Shown here piece by piece: positions 37,997-50,760 of a stretch of DNA of 64,000 bases. The notes under the pieces were generated by a model, which was not told where the DNA came from, searched no databases, and was given only the letters and a program-made list of their open reading frames with translations. Position numbers and translations under genes: made by a program. How positions within the stretch are numbered: position 1 is the first letter of the stretch; each line of letters begins with the position of its first letter. Where the stretch lies: contig OZ336872.1 of assembly GCA_965287045.1 (NCBI GenBank), positions 112,530,001 to 112,594,000 on the forward strand. The letters are read 5' to 3'. This DNA comes from Carcharhinus amblyrhynchos (taxonomy: Eukaryota).

Positions 37997-38254
37997 TCAA
38001 CCTGATGTCTGAGAGCTGTTTTTTTGTTTCAGTTTAATATGTCTCTTTTTTGTTGTTGTTGGAGAGAGAGAGAGAAGAAACTTTTCTTCCTCAGTCCACA
38101 AAACAAAAGTAAGGAGGGAAGGTGGGAATTTGTGATATTTTCCTCACTCTTGCAACTTCAAGCAAACAACTGGCACTTTGCAGTGGAGAGGGAAAGAGAG
38201 CAAGAGGCTGACAACTCCTGATACTTTTTTGAACAAGTTAATAGACAACCATCC
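37997..38254 (-). other. sox2: Sox2 5'UTR and transcription start region
   Basis: Minus strand from 38254 reads GGATGGTTGTCTATTAACTTGTTCAAAAAAGTATCAGGAGTTGTCA, matching the recalled 5' end of human SOX2 mRNA. Confidence 0.85.
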
Positions 38255-38620
38255 ATGTGATGGGGGCTGTCAGACAATAAATGGGCTGGCGGCGGCCAAT
38301 CAGCGGAGCCCGCCGCCCCTGACTGACAGCTGGCCCGCCCTCATTTGCATAATAGAGGGCGGGGCCCGGAGATCCCGCGCGCCTCTCAGCGGCGGAGCCG
38401 GGAAAGGTGGGCGGGGCTTCTACGCTGCACCGCCCCCTCCCCCCCCCTCCCCCCCTTCTCCCCCAAATCAGAGCCTGGCCAATCAGCATCGGCGCAACAT
38501 CTCCCTCCAGCTCTTCCGTCACCTGCGCTTGTATGGCGGGCGGGGCCGGAAAACGGCGCCGCCGCTGCAGGTGTCTGTCCCCGCCGGCGCTGAGTGACAG
38601 CTCTGCTGGCTGTCCATCAA
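38255..38620 (-). promoter_or_regulatory. Sox2 proximal promoter in a CpG island: two CCAAT boxes, GC boxes and an octamer
   Basis: GGCCAATCAG at ~38294 and ~38477, several GGGCGG/CCGCCC boxes, ATTTGCAT at 38343-38350, very high GC and CpG content. Confidence 0.88.
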
Positions 38621-38635
38621 ACTCCGCCTGCTTTA

Positions 38636-38681
38636 CCCCCCCCCCCCCCCCCCCCGCGCGCGCACACACACACACACACAC
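38636..38681. repeat. Poly-C run followed by (GC)n(AC)n microsatellite
   Basis: Directly visible. Confidence 0.9.
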
Positions 38682-40649
38682 CACCCCCAACAACAAACTG
38701 GCGCGTCCTATATCCAAGCCTGAAAAGTTCCCTTAGCAACGGCATCGGTCCGTATTCACACAGAGGGAGGAGTGGGGGGCGGGGGGGTGGGGGGGAGAGA
38801 GACAGGGGGGGAAAATCACCGCAGAATAAGCGCCTCTCATTTATAGATTAGTCCTATAAAGCTAAATCAACGGCGATTCAAATCAATGGCTAACATTGCT
38901 GCGGTGTTTTCTTTGCACACTAACATTCTGAAGCCAGACATTCTGTGGGCAATTTTTTTTAGGCCAGGGTGAATAATTCTCGAAGCAACTAAATCAATCG
39001 CCCCCCCCCCCCCAACAAACACGATTCAAGGGGCTAGATACTCTAATTCGAAATAAAGGGACTCGCTGGCTGAGAACAGTCGCTATAATCCTGTTTGTTG
39101 TTCGAGTTTGCTTTCGCTCCATTTTGAAGTTTCGCAATTCTTGAGGCAGGACACGCTATAAATCATTTTCTTTATAAAGTACAGACGGACTTCGAACGAA
39201 TGCACGTGTTTTCAGAGGCGCAATCGTACCTTTTTTTTGCTCTGATTTTATGTTTTGTTTTCTCGATTTTAGCTAACACATGGATTGTAATTTAATCGAG
39301 CCTTCTTTGTCCGAATGTACGAATTTGAATAGAGAAAACATCAATGCCAATATAAAGACTAGCACGTCCATTACAAATAGGTAGTTTTGTTCCTCTTGTT
39401 GTCAGTACACTGTAGCTAACAAAGGCGGGTATAAGTTTACTTCCACGTCCTTGTTTGGATCTTTTCACTAAAATGCACTTGAACACAAATAAAAAGACTA
39501 ATGGTATTTCAGTGTTTATGCTACTTGAAAGATCACTATTTTCCCGATCAGCCGCAAGAGAAGTTGTTTCTTTTTAAAAAAATCGACGCTCCCTCTCTAA
39601 TTAAAACAAACACATTCTGGGCATATCTTTTCTATTCTTTCGTTAGATTCATTTGTTCGGTTTGTCAATTTTTACAGCAGAGACCTGATCTTTTGGTTAA
39701 GCAGAATAATGTGTGTAATTTGACCAGAATACATTCGATAACCACAAAGTCTAAATTTGTTTTTTTAACGGGGTGAACAGCTGTACATGGTGGCAACTGC
39801 ACCACATGCAAACGTATTTGTGATTCTTGTTATCTTCTTTTCTCCATCCGCAACACATTTGCAACCTATAAGAATAGTAATACATTATTCGTTTATATTG
39901 CAAATTACTTCCCTTTGTAACAGACCTGGGAGTTACACGCAGAGTGTGGCGTGTGTTAATATCGCCGTCTGCTGGCAGTTTTTCTTCAGTGTTGTCACTT
40001 CTACTCTGCCATTTAGAAAAACGCTATTAAGCAAGAAAAAGACTAATTTATCAAACAAACCTACGGAGTTGTGATCAACCCGTATTGTGAATTAGCTAAC
40101 TGCCGAAACCATTCCCCCTTTAACGAAGTGCATTTTCTGATTAATTTCATCTTTATTTCAAATCGACTAGTTAAATTAGACTTCTAATCGGCTAGAAGGA
40201 ATAAAAGTAAGTGCATATTATTTAATTTATGGTGTAAGTGAATTATGATTAATCAAACAATAGAAAGGGCGCTCAAATCAATTTCTTGCTGCTATTGTTT
40301 ATGCTTTGCTCGTTGATAACATTATTTTACGACCTTACGTATAATTAACGTTCAAAAAAGAAGGAGGGTGTGGGTGTGAAGTGTTTGATTGATAATGGTA
40401 ATAAATAGATAACTGATGCATGGTGATATACAAACAGTCTAATTGAAATAAAAAATATTCCCAGTGGATCTGAGTGAATACAGATACATGTAATAATAAA
40501 ACGGATACGTGCAAAGATGTTTTGCAATTAAAGCCACAGTTTATATGTAACATATGGATCGATTATGACCGTTTTTTAAATTAAGTCCTCTAAACTACTT
40601 TTTGCAATTAAAGGCAGAAATTGTGAGATTCAACAGAACTATTTCGTAT

Positions 40650-41065
40650 TTTGTCTTTCGATGCAAATGGAGATTTAACTTTGCGGTAATTGGGTGAGAA
40701 CTAGCCAAGCATCTGACTATTATGATGCTTGTTAAAAACGTTTCGCATCTGCATTTGAGTGTGTCCCCTCCACTATAATCTTCTTATGGAAATGAAGGCG
40801 AACAGCGGGGATCCAGTAGAGTGTAGGAGAATGTCCTTGTTAACTGGAATTTCTCATCATTGCTAATTAGCACAGAGTCTGACGGCCACCGGTATTGGGA
40901 AGCACTGTTTAACCACTCACAACCCATCCGAGGGAGCAGACTAATTTTATTTTGTAATTAAAATTTGAAAAGGCCTATTTGACAGTTAAAGCTCTGAGCG
41001 TTTTATCTCCCCGTGAAATAATTGCCGCCTTGATAACTCAATTTCTGCAAAATGTCAACTGAAAA
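40650..41065. promoter_or_regulatory. Homologue of the Sox2 SRR1/N2 (anterior neural plate / stem-cell) enhancer
   Basis: Minus-strand blocks TTGAGTTATCAAGGC, TTTAATTACAAAATAAAATTAGTCTGCTC, TGCTAATTAGCAATG..GAAATTCCAGTTAACAAGGACATTCTCC, TTCATTTCCATAAGAAGATT and TAACAAGCATCATAATAG match recalled SRR1/N2. Position is 2.4-2.8 kb upstream of the TSS. Confidence 0.8.
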
Positions 41066-43849
41066 CGCCAAAAATTTAAATTTTGCTAAGTAAAAATGAT
41101 CAAAAGCCAATGGTCCTTAGCCAGCTGCTCCCAAACCAGGAAACTTTTCATTGGGATCTGGAAAATCCCTTGTACCCGTTTGTTAAATAATACAGGCATC
41201 ATTCTACTGACGGGGGAGAAACTATTCTTTATTGACTCGCCACAGCGATCTTTTCTTTCTCAAGTATTTTGACGAGTTCCTGGCAAATATTCCAGGTAGG
41301 TCGTGCAGCATTTGAACCAAATAAAAATGCAAGTAGCACTGGATGCTAAATTAAAACAAAAAAGCTCCCCGAAAACCAGGACTATTGAGTCTAGACACAT
41401 TTCAGTGTAATTTGGTAAACAAAAGTTAGACATTGCACTAACTGTGTCTCCAAAATGCTGAAATTAAATTGTGGTTTAAAAATGTAAAAGGTAAAGTTAC
41501 CACCTGCTAGAAGTTCAAAAATGAAGAGCACCTATGCTAGACCCTTTTATACACCCAATGATTTCATGCAAACCCCCCTATTTCATATTGCAAATGGAAG
41601 GATTTTCTTTCACGCCAACTAGACGTCCAAAGAATCACAGTCCAAACATTTTTTTTGCGCCACGTTGGTGAAAGGGGTTATGACTTTGCAATAAATTTAT
41701 CCGCTGGGCCCAGTCATTTCAGCGGGAATGTGAGATCTTTCGATCATTATCGCGTAAATACCTGCACTAACGATTCCGGTTCGCACAAGTGGTATTGAAA
41801 GTCGAAAGGAACAGGGAGGCAACTGACTCTTTTAGACTCAACTCTGGTAAACAATTTCATTCAAGGAGTACAAGGGTACTTGAAGCCTGGAGGAAATTAC
41901 GGCAACTCGGCTCTCTGGTGTTTTCCGTTCTTCAGAGTAACTCCCAATAACAGCCACACACAAAAACTACACGTGCTTAGAAAAGAAGACACAAACCGTC
42001 CATTCAAGTATGCTACTTTGGTTTGAATTTAATTATTGCCAAGGTGCTAAAAATCTCAAATTGACAATTGTGTAATCTGTCACCGTATTTTAATGGAATG
42101 CATTGCAATTGCAAATGACAATATGACGATTGATTTTATTTCAGTCATGTGAGTCTGAGAACCAGCAGTATAGTTAATCCAAGAGATTTAGCCGGAGATG
42201 TTCAACAAATGCCCCATTTTGTCCTCACTACACATTTTAATAAACAAAAATGTTGTTGCTCATCTTCCAATGACAGTCAGTTGCTAAAGTGGCGCTTTTC
42301 GATTCCCCATTCCCCGGCCATCCAGGAATTAAAATGTCACTATCCACTTCCGACAGTATTGTAGCAGTTTCAGTCAGCATCACCTCACAAAGTCAAAACT
42401 TCTGTGTCTTAAGTTTGTAAGCAGTTCACTAAAGATTGCTACAAATTCTGGCCCATCTAATCGCTGGCATGTATAATTAACAAAGCGGTCGAGTTCTACT
42501 TTCAACAAACTGATTTGAGTAAGTTTAGTACAAAAAGCGAATCTAATCGGTCAACCCAGATGCTGACCCTGTATCACACAAACCAATGTCAAATAGATAT
42601 CACCACGCGAAATAAAACAAAAATCCCAGTGGTACTAACACCTCAATAAATGGTACAAATATCTCAGCGCCTCCAAAGGGTAAAGGTGTATCGGTGTCAT
42701 TCCGAAGTGTCTTATTTATAATTAAACTGGAAACATGGATTGTTTAACACGACGTTCGATACTGGAGCTGATAATATATTGCTGCTTCCAGAAATCAAAA
42801 CCACATCGGGAGACAAGGGGTCAAATAGGAATCATTCTGTTTTGATAAACTACATCACAGTGGGCGACAGTCCAATTTATTTAAGCAGTAATCATTTTCC
42901 AGGTTTTTGTATTCGGTAATATTCTAAATCTGAATTCTGGCTTGAAAACCACGTGAAAAGCACCCATCTGTTTACATGTCAATACGGGTGTCTGAAATTG
43001 ACCATCCTACACTGAGCACTTTCAGAAAGTTTCATAAAGGTTCCCACTGGTGTTCGTTTACTTCGGCCAAAAAGAACCTCGAATATTAGAAGGGTGTTTC
43101 ATTTGGTGCAACAAATATAACTCCACAGCCATTTATGACGTTAAGACAAATTTTCAGCATTATCTTTAAGGGGAGATTATATACATAGACTTTATCGTTA
43201 CCATTAGAAACCTCGGTGATTTTATGTAACACACGCATTGCGTGCCTGCTCTACGGCAGGTTAACGGATCGGAATTCCTAGATTCCAAGTTGGTGAAAGT
43301 GCCTTTAATTGCAAATGACTCAGAATTTAATAAACGCATGTGCCTGATATTCGACTTGGCAGATACAGCGCACTAATTTTTTGAACCAACAATGATCCTA
43401 GTCCTATTTTGTACACTGCTCCTAATCCTATATGAATTCAATAAATAAACTTGTCTTTTGCAATTGTAACCGGTAAAGGGTGTGAAATGGATTTAATCGA
43501 GAGTAAACGATACACCATTAGGAATTTTCATAGTGTTTTGTTTTTATAGATTGCGATGTATAAGGGAAACGTGCATCTCAGAAAGACACCTATGCAATCT
43601 GAAATTGTATCTGTCATTTACATGGTATTTAAATAGTCACACTTTCAAACTATAAAAAAGGCTGCTTAAAATAAACATCTTAAACGTCATTTAACTGAAT
43701 CGTAAGATACAAGAATTATTGTGGTACAGACTATCCATCTTTTTAAAAGTCGATAGCTGAGCAAAACCATCGCACAGAATGCAATCGGGTTAATTTAGAC
43801 ACATTGAGCACATATCCTTGCCATCCAACACTGTACATAACATCGGCAT

Positions 43850-43920
43850 AGCAATGTTCTTTCAAAGCACGGGCACGCGGACGAAGGGCCGAATGGTCTT
43901 CTGTGCTTTATCATTCCAAG
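43850..43920 (+). mobile_element. Tiny CR1 3' tail remnant
   Basis: TTCTTTCAAAGCACGGGCACG..GAAGGGCCGAATGGTCTTCTGTGCT. Confidence 0.55.
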
Positions 43921-46443
43921 TCATGACCATGACATCTTAAATTCTCCCCAGTTACTGATCCCAGAGAGAGATTGAAAACTTCGAATCTCTCTTTTAGGAA
44001 ACCATACCTCAACTACTGTAACATGGGCACGGCGGAACTTAACTTACACCCTGGCTAACGCTAAGTATTAGTCTTATTGTGGGAGAAATGATGAGCTGTG
44101 TTTATTCACAGTGCATTGCATTATTCCTAAGCGGTTCAGAGTGTGCATGCACCTATGTAAATTGTGATGAATGGTTCTAGTGATTAAAAATCCGTGTTAT
44201 CAAATTAGTGTCGAAACAATATCCTCTCAAATTGAGGGGACGGTGTTGGTCAGCAATAAGATGGGGCTCTCGTGTAATTTTTTTATAAACATAATACAAC
44301 CCTAACTAGGCTATTTGATCCAGCAGGTGACAGAGTATGTGCACCCAAAATTTACCTCTCCGAGAACTAAGATTGCCGAGTTTGGGATAGTTTTGTGTCC
44401 TGATTAGTGACACTGGTGGCTGTTAATGTTTAGTAGCCCAAGGTAAAGGGGAACATCAAGTGTTCCCAGATTAATACTATAACTACAGCATATATACGTG
44501 AAAAAACAGCGCAAACTAATCCGTCGGCTGATTATTGGAGATTTCGCCATCGAGACAGCACAACTTTCATTTATTTTCCCATCTAATGTTCTAATTCTGG
44601 AAAAAATAATCTTTATCGACAACAAAAGTTGTTAAAATGGATTTTCAAATAAATAACTGTTTTCATTGTAGTTTTAAAAATCTGATAAATAATTATTATC
44701 TCTGAGGTGTCCATCCAATTTCAAGGAAGAACATAAACATTTAATATCTAAGTAAATAGATACAAAATGCCTTAGCAACAAAATTGAATTATTTATCTCT
44801 TTAAACTGTTATCCACAGAACTAAATTTAAGCGGTACATATCTAATTACTCTAGCAGTAGATGTGAGGCTGGAATGAAATTAGCAGTCATTACTAGTCTT
44901 TTAACTATATGGTCCTTTTGATCAGCGGTAAATTAGCTTTCCCTTTAACAAAGCCTGCATAGCAAGCAGTGGGCCGTAAATAAGACAGCTCAACCTCCCC
45001 TTACCACCTTTTCTGTTGTCAATCACAGCTCTGCAATTCATCCCTAGATTAACCTTTATCTGCAAAATTAAAAAAACCTTCGCCTACAGTGGCTATTTTT
45101 TTATATAACTGAAAAGATCTGTTAAATTTCAGTATAATTAACCGAAGTGTCAAAAACCCAGCCCAGTTTCTCCACCAATTTCAGATGAGTTGGCGCCTTG
45201 ATAACGGAACAAGTAATAATGCAGGCAAGATTTTTTTAAAATTAGTTTTTCGCCTTCTCCACCACTCTGATTTGCTATACTATATCATTAAATTCGACAT
45301 TGTATAATAGACTGCACGTTTCTGAACAATTTAACTCCTTCATTCCCGAATAAATGAAGCATAAATTAGAAGCGAATCTACCATGAAATGTGTTACTTTA
45401 CTGGAAAGGACAACAGTCTGTTCAGGTTGAATGTTGGGAAGACCGGTGTCAAGGATAACTTTTACTTTAATTACTTATAGTCTCAGTAGCTGTTTTGGGC
45501 TATCGGCGGGTGTAACATTCAGAGAAAAAGTAAGTATTTGCGCTAGTCAGGTACATTGGCCTTGACGAATTATACAATTTTGGAAACAAATTTGAATTTT
45601 ATTTGAATTTTTCTGTTTTAAAAAAATTGTCGGTTTGCAAAGGGACTTGTAATCAGAAAGGTTCCAGAACCGGTTGTCCTTTCCCAAATTATAGGCGTGC
45701 ATATATTCATTCCTGCCAAGCGCATGGGCCACCGTTAGGGGACGCCCGAGAGAGCTTGCCACTGTGTAGACCCCCATCCCCGAATCAAACAAATAATTAA
45801 GGAGGGGGAGGGGGGAAAGCAGCGCTATGGCGACCTGTTTCCTCATCGCTGCAACTAACTGGAGTCCGATTGTATATTACAGTGCTGTCAGCTGATCCTA
45901 CCCTCCCCCCCCCCCCCTCCAAAAAAAAGTTCAGGGACTCTCCAAGTGAGAAAGAGAAAACAACCCTGCTTTCTTATTGGCATCCACTGAAGGTCACCAC
46001 CTACGCCGCTGAAAGCGCTGGGGCTTTTTTTTCTATTACATGCTACATTAGAACAGTTCTGTCAACTCCCCCGGCCGGGGATCAGCCTTGAAGTTTTCAC
46101 ACGCAAACGCTCGGCCGAATCTTCCGCAAAACTGCATCAACAAATTAAAGGTTCTTGACCCAACTGAGTTACCGTCCTTCCTGCCAAAAAAAACCGGGAG
46201 TTGTACACAGCAGCAAAAAAAGTCTTTTTTTCCAAAAAGGGTTTTGTTTAGAATAACCTGGTAATTCAGAACACACGCCATTTTAGGGTTACTTTACTGG
46301 GAATGGAGACAGAAGGCAGTCATTCAAAGCTTTGCATGTCTTGTATTAGAACACAAGAGCCGCACTGTTGCGCCCCCCCCCCCCTCCTCGCCCAACGTGT
46401 AGATATTTCTAAAAACAAGTATAAAACACAGTGAGTCACTTAC

Positions 46444-46746
46444 TTGTCAGGTCCGGCTGTTGTCCGCAATGCTGTCGCCTTGAGAAGAAACGGGACGGCT
46501 CAAGTACCGCAATCCCGGCGGCGGGAGCGGATGTGTTGCCGCTCGCTGCTCACTTCTCCCGGGGCTGCGAGAGCCGGAGAGACCCGCTGGCTTTCTCTGT
46601 GTGTGTGTGTCTCTCTGTCTCTCTCTCTCACTCTGAAGCCGAGACGAGCGAGCCATGTGTGCTTGAAACTGGGAGTCCCTGCGCTCTCCCGGCCGCTTGC
46701 GAACGTGTACAGTCCTCTTCATCTAACCACAGAGGATATGCAAACC
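46444..46746 (-). ncRNA. Candidate exon of a Sox2-overlapping lncRNA (Sox2ot-like)
   Basis: CpG-rich 303-nt segment bounded on the minus strand by acceptor CTTTTCTTGTTCCAG|G (AG at 46748-46747) and donor ACAA|GTAAGT (GT at 46443). Sox2 is known to lie in an intron of same-strand Sox2ot in bony vertebrates. Confidence 0.5.
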
Positions 46747-49700
46747 CTGGAACAAGAAAAGTCGTTTATGGAAAAAAAAATCCAAAAGGCTGAACGTTTT
46801 AAAGAAAGAATGGACGCAGAACAACAAAAGTCAGTTACACTACGCTGCTCTATACCCCCACCGCCAGACAGAAGAAAAAGCTTTATTTTTTTCAGTGGGT
46901 ATTCAAGATAATTTGAAGCCATTGTTTCTTCTACAGATGGTTCTTTTTAATACAATAACACTGCTCTTTGTGCATACTACCCACAATAAAATCTAAAGCG
47001 TTCTCTTGAATAACCATTTTGTTCTCTGTTGTATAGGGCCAACAAAAGCTGCCGTGAGGTAATGGTTTCGCTGTTTATTGAAACCATGGAATAGGGGCTG
47101 GATAAAGGATAGAAAAAAAGACGTTACAAGGTCACACGAAAACTCTTTATCTGAACAAAATATTATTTAAAAGCACAGACTACTTTTAACCGCACCTGAG
47201 GGCTGTGTGCCAGTAAAACAATGACTTCCTCCCAGTTTTATGTGCTTAAATAATGCCTATAAAAAGTTACAAAGAGCAGTGAGTTTAACATTGTATTTGG
47301 ACAAATATTTCCAAATACAAAAGCCGGACAACACATCAAACCCACCACTCCCCATCCGACCTCTGTTCTTCAGATCATAAAATGGAAAGAAGAAAACTAA
47401 TTTCCAGTGCAAATATGTTGCACATTGAAATGAGTTATATAATCACAAATGGTTCCCATATGGTATTAATTCACTTCTACACACTGTTCATATCGCTGTC
47501 ACAGTGAAATTGTCAAATTTCACAAAAAAGATGGATTTTCCAATCAACACAATAGCGAAATTCAGCACTCGTCAAACAGCCGCCAAAGGTAAGCATCAAG
47601 GACTTTGCCCTAAACCATACATCACTTGAAACAATGTATGCCTACAAATTAACTGGACAAAAAGTTGTTACTATCTGATTTCTCATCCACCTTAATGGTT
47701 CTTAAACTCTAATTAAAATGCCTATCGACACACCAGCTATATTGTTCGCGAAAGGGGTAAATATATTTTGTGTCATGTGGATTCAGCATCAATTTAGTCT
47801 GCCTGACATCTAGACCATGTATTTGGCTGGAGTTGAGGTCTTTATCGGCTTTGAGAGCGAGATCCTCAGAAAGGGAAAGTCGGAAACAATGGGTCTCTGC
47901 AGGGAAAGTTGTTAGTCACTGAGTCTCTGTTTGTCTACCTTTCTCTAGGAATTACTAGCTCATTCTCTCCCAGTTCCAGACTGACAGTAATCCACTCCAA
48001 TGACTTCTGCCTTTTGTGTGTTTATAGAACATGTCTCAACCATAATCTCAAAGCTACAATTACAATAGGATGTCATGACTTTAACCTTAACACTACTTCC
48101 TTTAATTAACCTTCAGGGTGCACGAGACCAGCCTGTGTGGCAGAAAGTTGGTTTGTCAGATCGGCGACTTAGGCGCGGGTTGGAGGTACAAGCAAGCTCC
48201 AATGGGATATGACTTTTGTAATCTGTTTGCCACATATTGGAATTAGCAGAAATATTCACAAACCAGTGAACGTAGATTGTATTTGATTGTATATTTCCCC
48301 AAATAACCAAAGTCAACTATTCATTCACCTGTTACTAATACATTCTGGATGTCTTCAATACTCTGTAATATCAACCCAAATGGATGAGGACTACTGCTTG
48401 GCACAAACATTCCAAATTATCGGTTTATTATTCAACAGCTATTTTAATACGATGCTTGCGGATATTAATAGGCGCCTATCTTATCTCCAGACACGAGATT
48501 TTGTACATATGTATACAGATGTTATTTTACAATCGTAATGACATATAACTTAATCCGAAGTGATGTTACTCTTGTAACCTATAACAAAACGTCTTAGACG
48601 TCAATGAAAGTGTTTCGCGCGTTAGAAAATCAATTTTCAATTACCACCGTTTCTTTATGTTTGTACAATAGATAATGTCTGAAGAAATCTTTTCTGTCCC
48701 AACTGTTCTTGCTTTGATTTCTTTACTGGAATAGACGCCCTGTCCTGATTTGCAACCTCATCAGTTAACAGTCGAACATTTCCAACTCAAATCAAAACAA
48801 TTTTTGTATGATCAATGCGCACAGGTAAAATATGCATGTAAGTAAAATAAAGTGCTGCTGACAGGCATTGCATGTTTATCACCCTATCTGACAACCCTTT
48901 ATACTTGATACCAGATTCAAGATGAGACTTCCCCGTTTTCCCCATCAACAGCGACAATTATTATACAATTCAACACCTTGAACTATTAGAAGAATCAGTT
49001 TTGAAATAGTGATCCATGAAGCTCACGCTTCTCACATCCACGAACGGGGAGTATCTCCAGTGTATTACTAGATCTGTTTTGCCTGCAAGTGTAACATTTC
49101 AACGCCCCTGACAATTAGCAACATCCCCATTCTCAATTCAATTCGAAGCCGCCAAGTCTTTTCAGACGCAAGAACAATAGCTTCGGACCAAATATATATT
49201 CATAGTTTCCGAGTGTTCTGTGCCAGTGTTTTAAAACAAGCTCACCTTTGTTTTGATGTAAAGGCTGTTATTGATTCTTATCTCATGAAAGTAAGAAATA
49301 AAGTGCAGGCCTACAAAATACATCACCGATATAAATAAAGGCCTTTCTAGAGCAACATCTTTCTATATATAAGTATATAAAATGATATTAATATAAACGT
49401 CGGCTGCGAGTTTTTATGAAGCAAATCTATTTTCTATGAGTTTCATTGCTACACCAGAAGAGATTACTGGAAGCTGGAAATGACGAGTTATTGGTTAATA
49501 TTCACAAAACATTTTCTCACCCCGAGCAACCACAATTGTAAATAATAGCACACAATCTGAAATGTGATGGTTACGGCGACTAGACAACGTACATTGAAAT
49601 GGACGAAAGGGACACTGTGAAGAAACTTCTCCCTACCCCACCTGAGAGGGAAGCTGGCATTTCCCGGAAGGAACAGCTTTTGCAATTACAGTCACACAAG

Positions 49701-50294
49701 GTAAGCTTTTGAAGACCTGCGATGAAAAATCAGCCCGACGGATAGTTTGTGTGGTAAATCTAAAACACCAAGCTTCGAAACGACTTCAGAAGTGACTTTT
49801 TCCAATGTTACATATATCGATGCTCTCAATAACCCCGACCTACATATTGTCCCAAATATTGTTAAGCATAATTAAGAAAGCCATTAAAATGCAGTTGTTA
49901 ATAAATAATTTTCATCATAGGTGTTGCAATCTTCTTTAAATATTTGTATAATCCTATTTATTTTTACATTTCTTGGTTAATTGCGCTCTCAAACAGGATC
50001 AAATCGAGACGGGCGTTATAGCTAATCGCAGAAGAAATACAGAATAAACCACACGTGTGTCTTTCACTGATCAATGCTGAAAATTAAACACAGATTATGG
50101 TGCAAGTGTACATGTTATAACGTTGGATTATCCATCTGGTGAACTTTAAAGTGCTACTTTTAAACAATATTCTGGAACTGAAGTTTGTTTGATCCAGTGA
50201 TTTCTGATTGAAAATGAACTTGTAAAATATCAGACCAGAATAGGAAAAAGCAATCTATTAACATTCAGGAGGTTAGATTTTAATTTGCTTTGCT

Positions 50295-50617
50295 GGGCAG
50301 AAAACTGACAGGGAGGGATCGAGTGTCCAGTAAACACACCCCACATAATATGCCTCGCCAGTGCAGTCAGTAAAGAAAGAAATGGCAGCATGTATAACAG
50401 GGTGGTATTTTGCGAGTGCCAGTTTTCTGCCCTGTGATCTAGGGTCGGCCGCGAATAATAGCCACTTTGCGGAGGTAATGGAAACCTGGTTTTGCCAGTG
50501 GAATCACCCTGCGACACGACTCACTGCAACAGGGGAGGGGAGAAAAACAGATGATGGGTGTGTCAACTTCATTTTAATATTGTCTTCTTAATTCAGAATT
50601 TGTTCAATTTCCCGCCC
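50295..50617. mobile_element. Putative MITE with GGGC-type imperfect terminal inverted repeats
   Basis: GGGCAGAAAACTGA ... TCAATTTCCCGCCC. Confidence 0.35.
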
Positions 50618-50689
50618 CTGAAGCGAAAATTCAATTGAGAAAAGTTTGATTAAATGTGATTGAATATTTATTTAAGGAGAAATTATTGA

Positions 50690-50760
50690 CGACATTGCGC
50701 AACAGGCTCGAGGGACGGAATGGCCCATTCCCGCTCTTATCTCTAATGATCTTATGTTGA
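50690..50760 (+). mobile_element. Tiny CR1 3' tail remnant
   Basis: CAGGCTCGAGGGACGGAATGGCC..GCTCTTAT..GATCTTATG, similar to 9470-9520. Confidence 0.6.

Noticed and set aside
37291-38012. Several plus-strand ORFs antisense to Sox2
   Set aside because: Expected by-product of a GC-rich, codon-biased CDS; no recognisable domains.
38178-38851. Pro/Gly-rich ORFs over the promoter
   Set aside because: They arise from CpG-island composition, homopolymers and microsatellites.
44320-44333. CTCF-like CCAGCAGGTGACAG
   Set aside because: Mismatch in the core GGC and no supporting context; not callable without a PWM score or ChIP.
46431-46922. Overlapping 67-155 aa ORFs in the CpG-rich segment
   Set aside because: Low-complexity translations (CVCVSLSLS); better explained as a non-coding exon or CpG island.
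42040-48100. Further enhancer-looking blocks (42050-42330, 44840-45070, 47400-48080) as NOP1 or N3
   Set aside because: Plausible conserved elements, but I could not match diagnostic sequence to a named enhancer.
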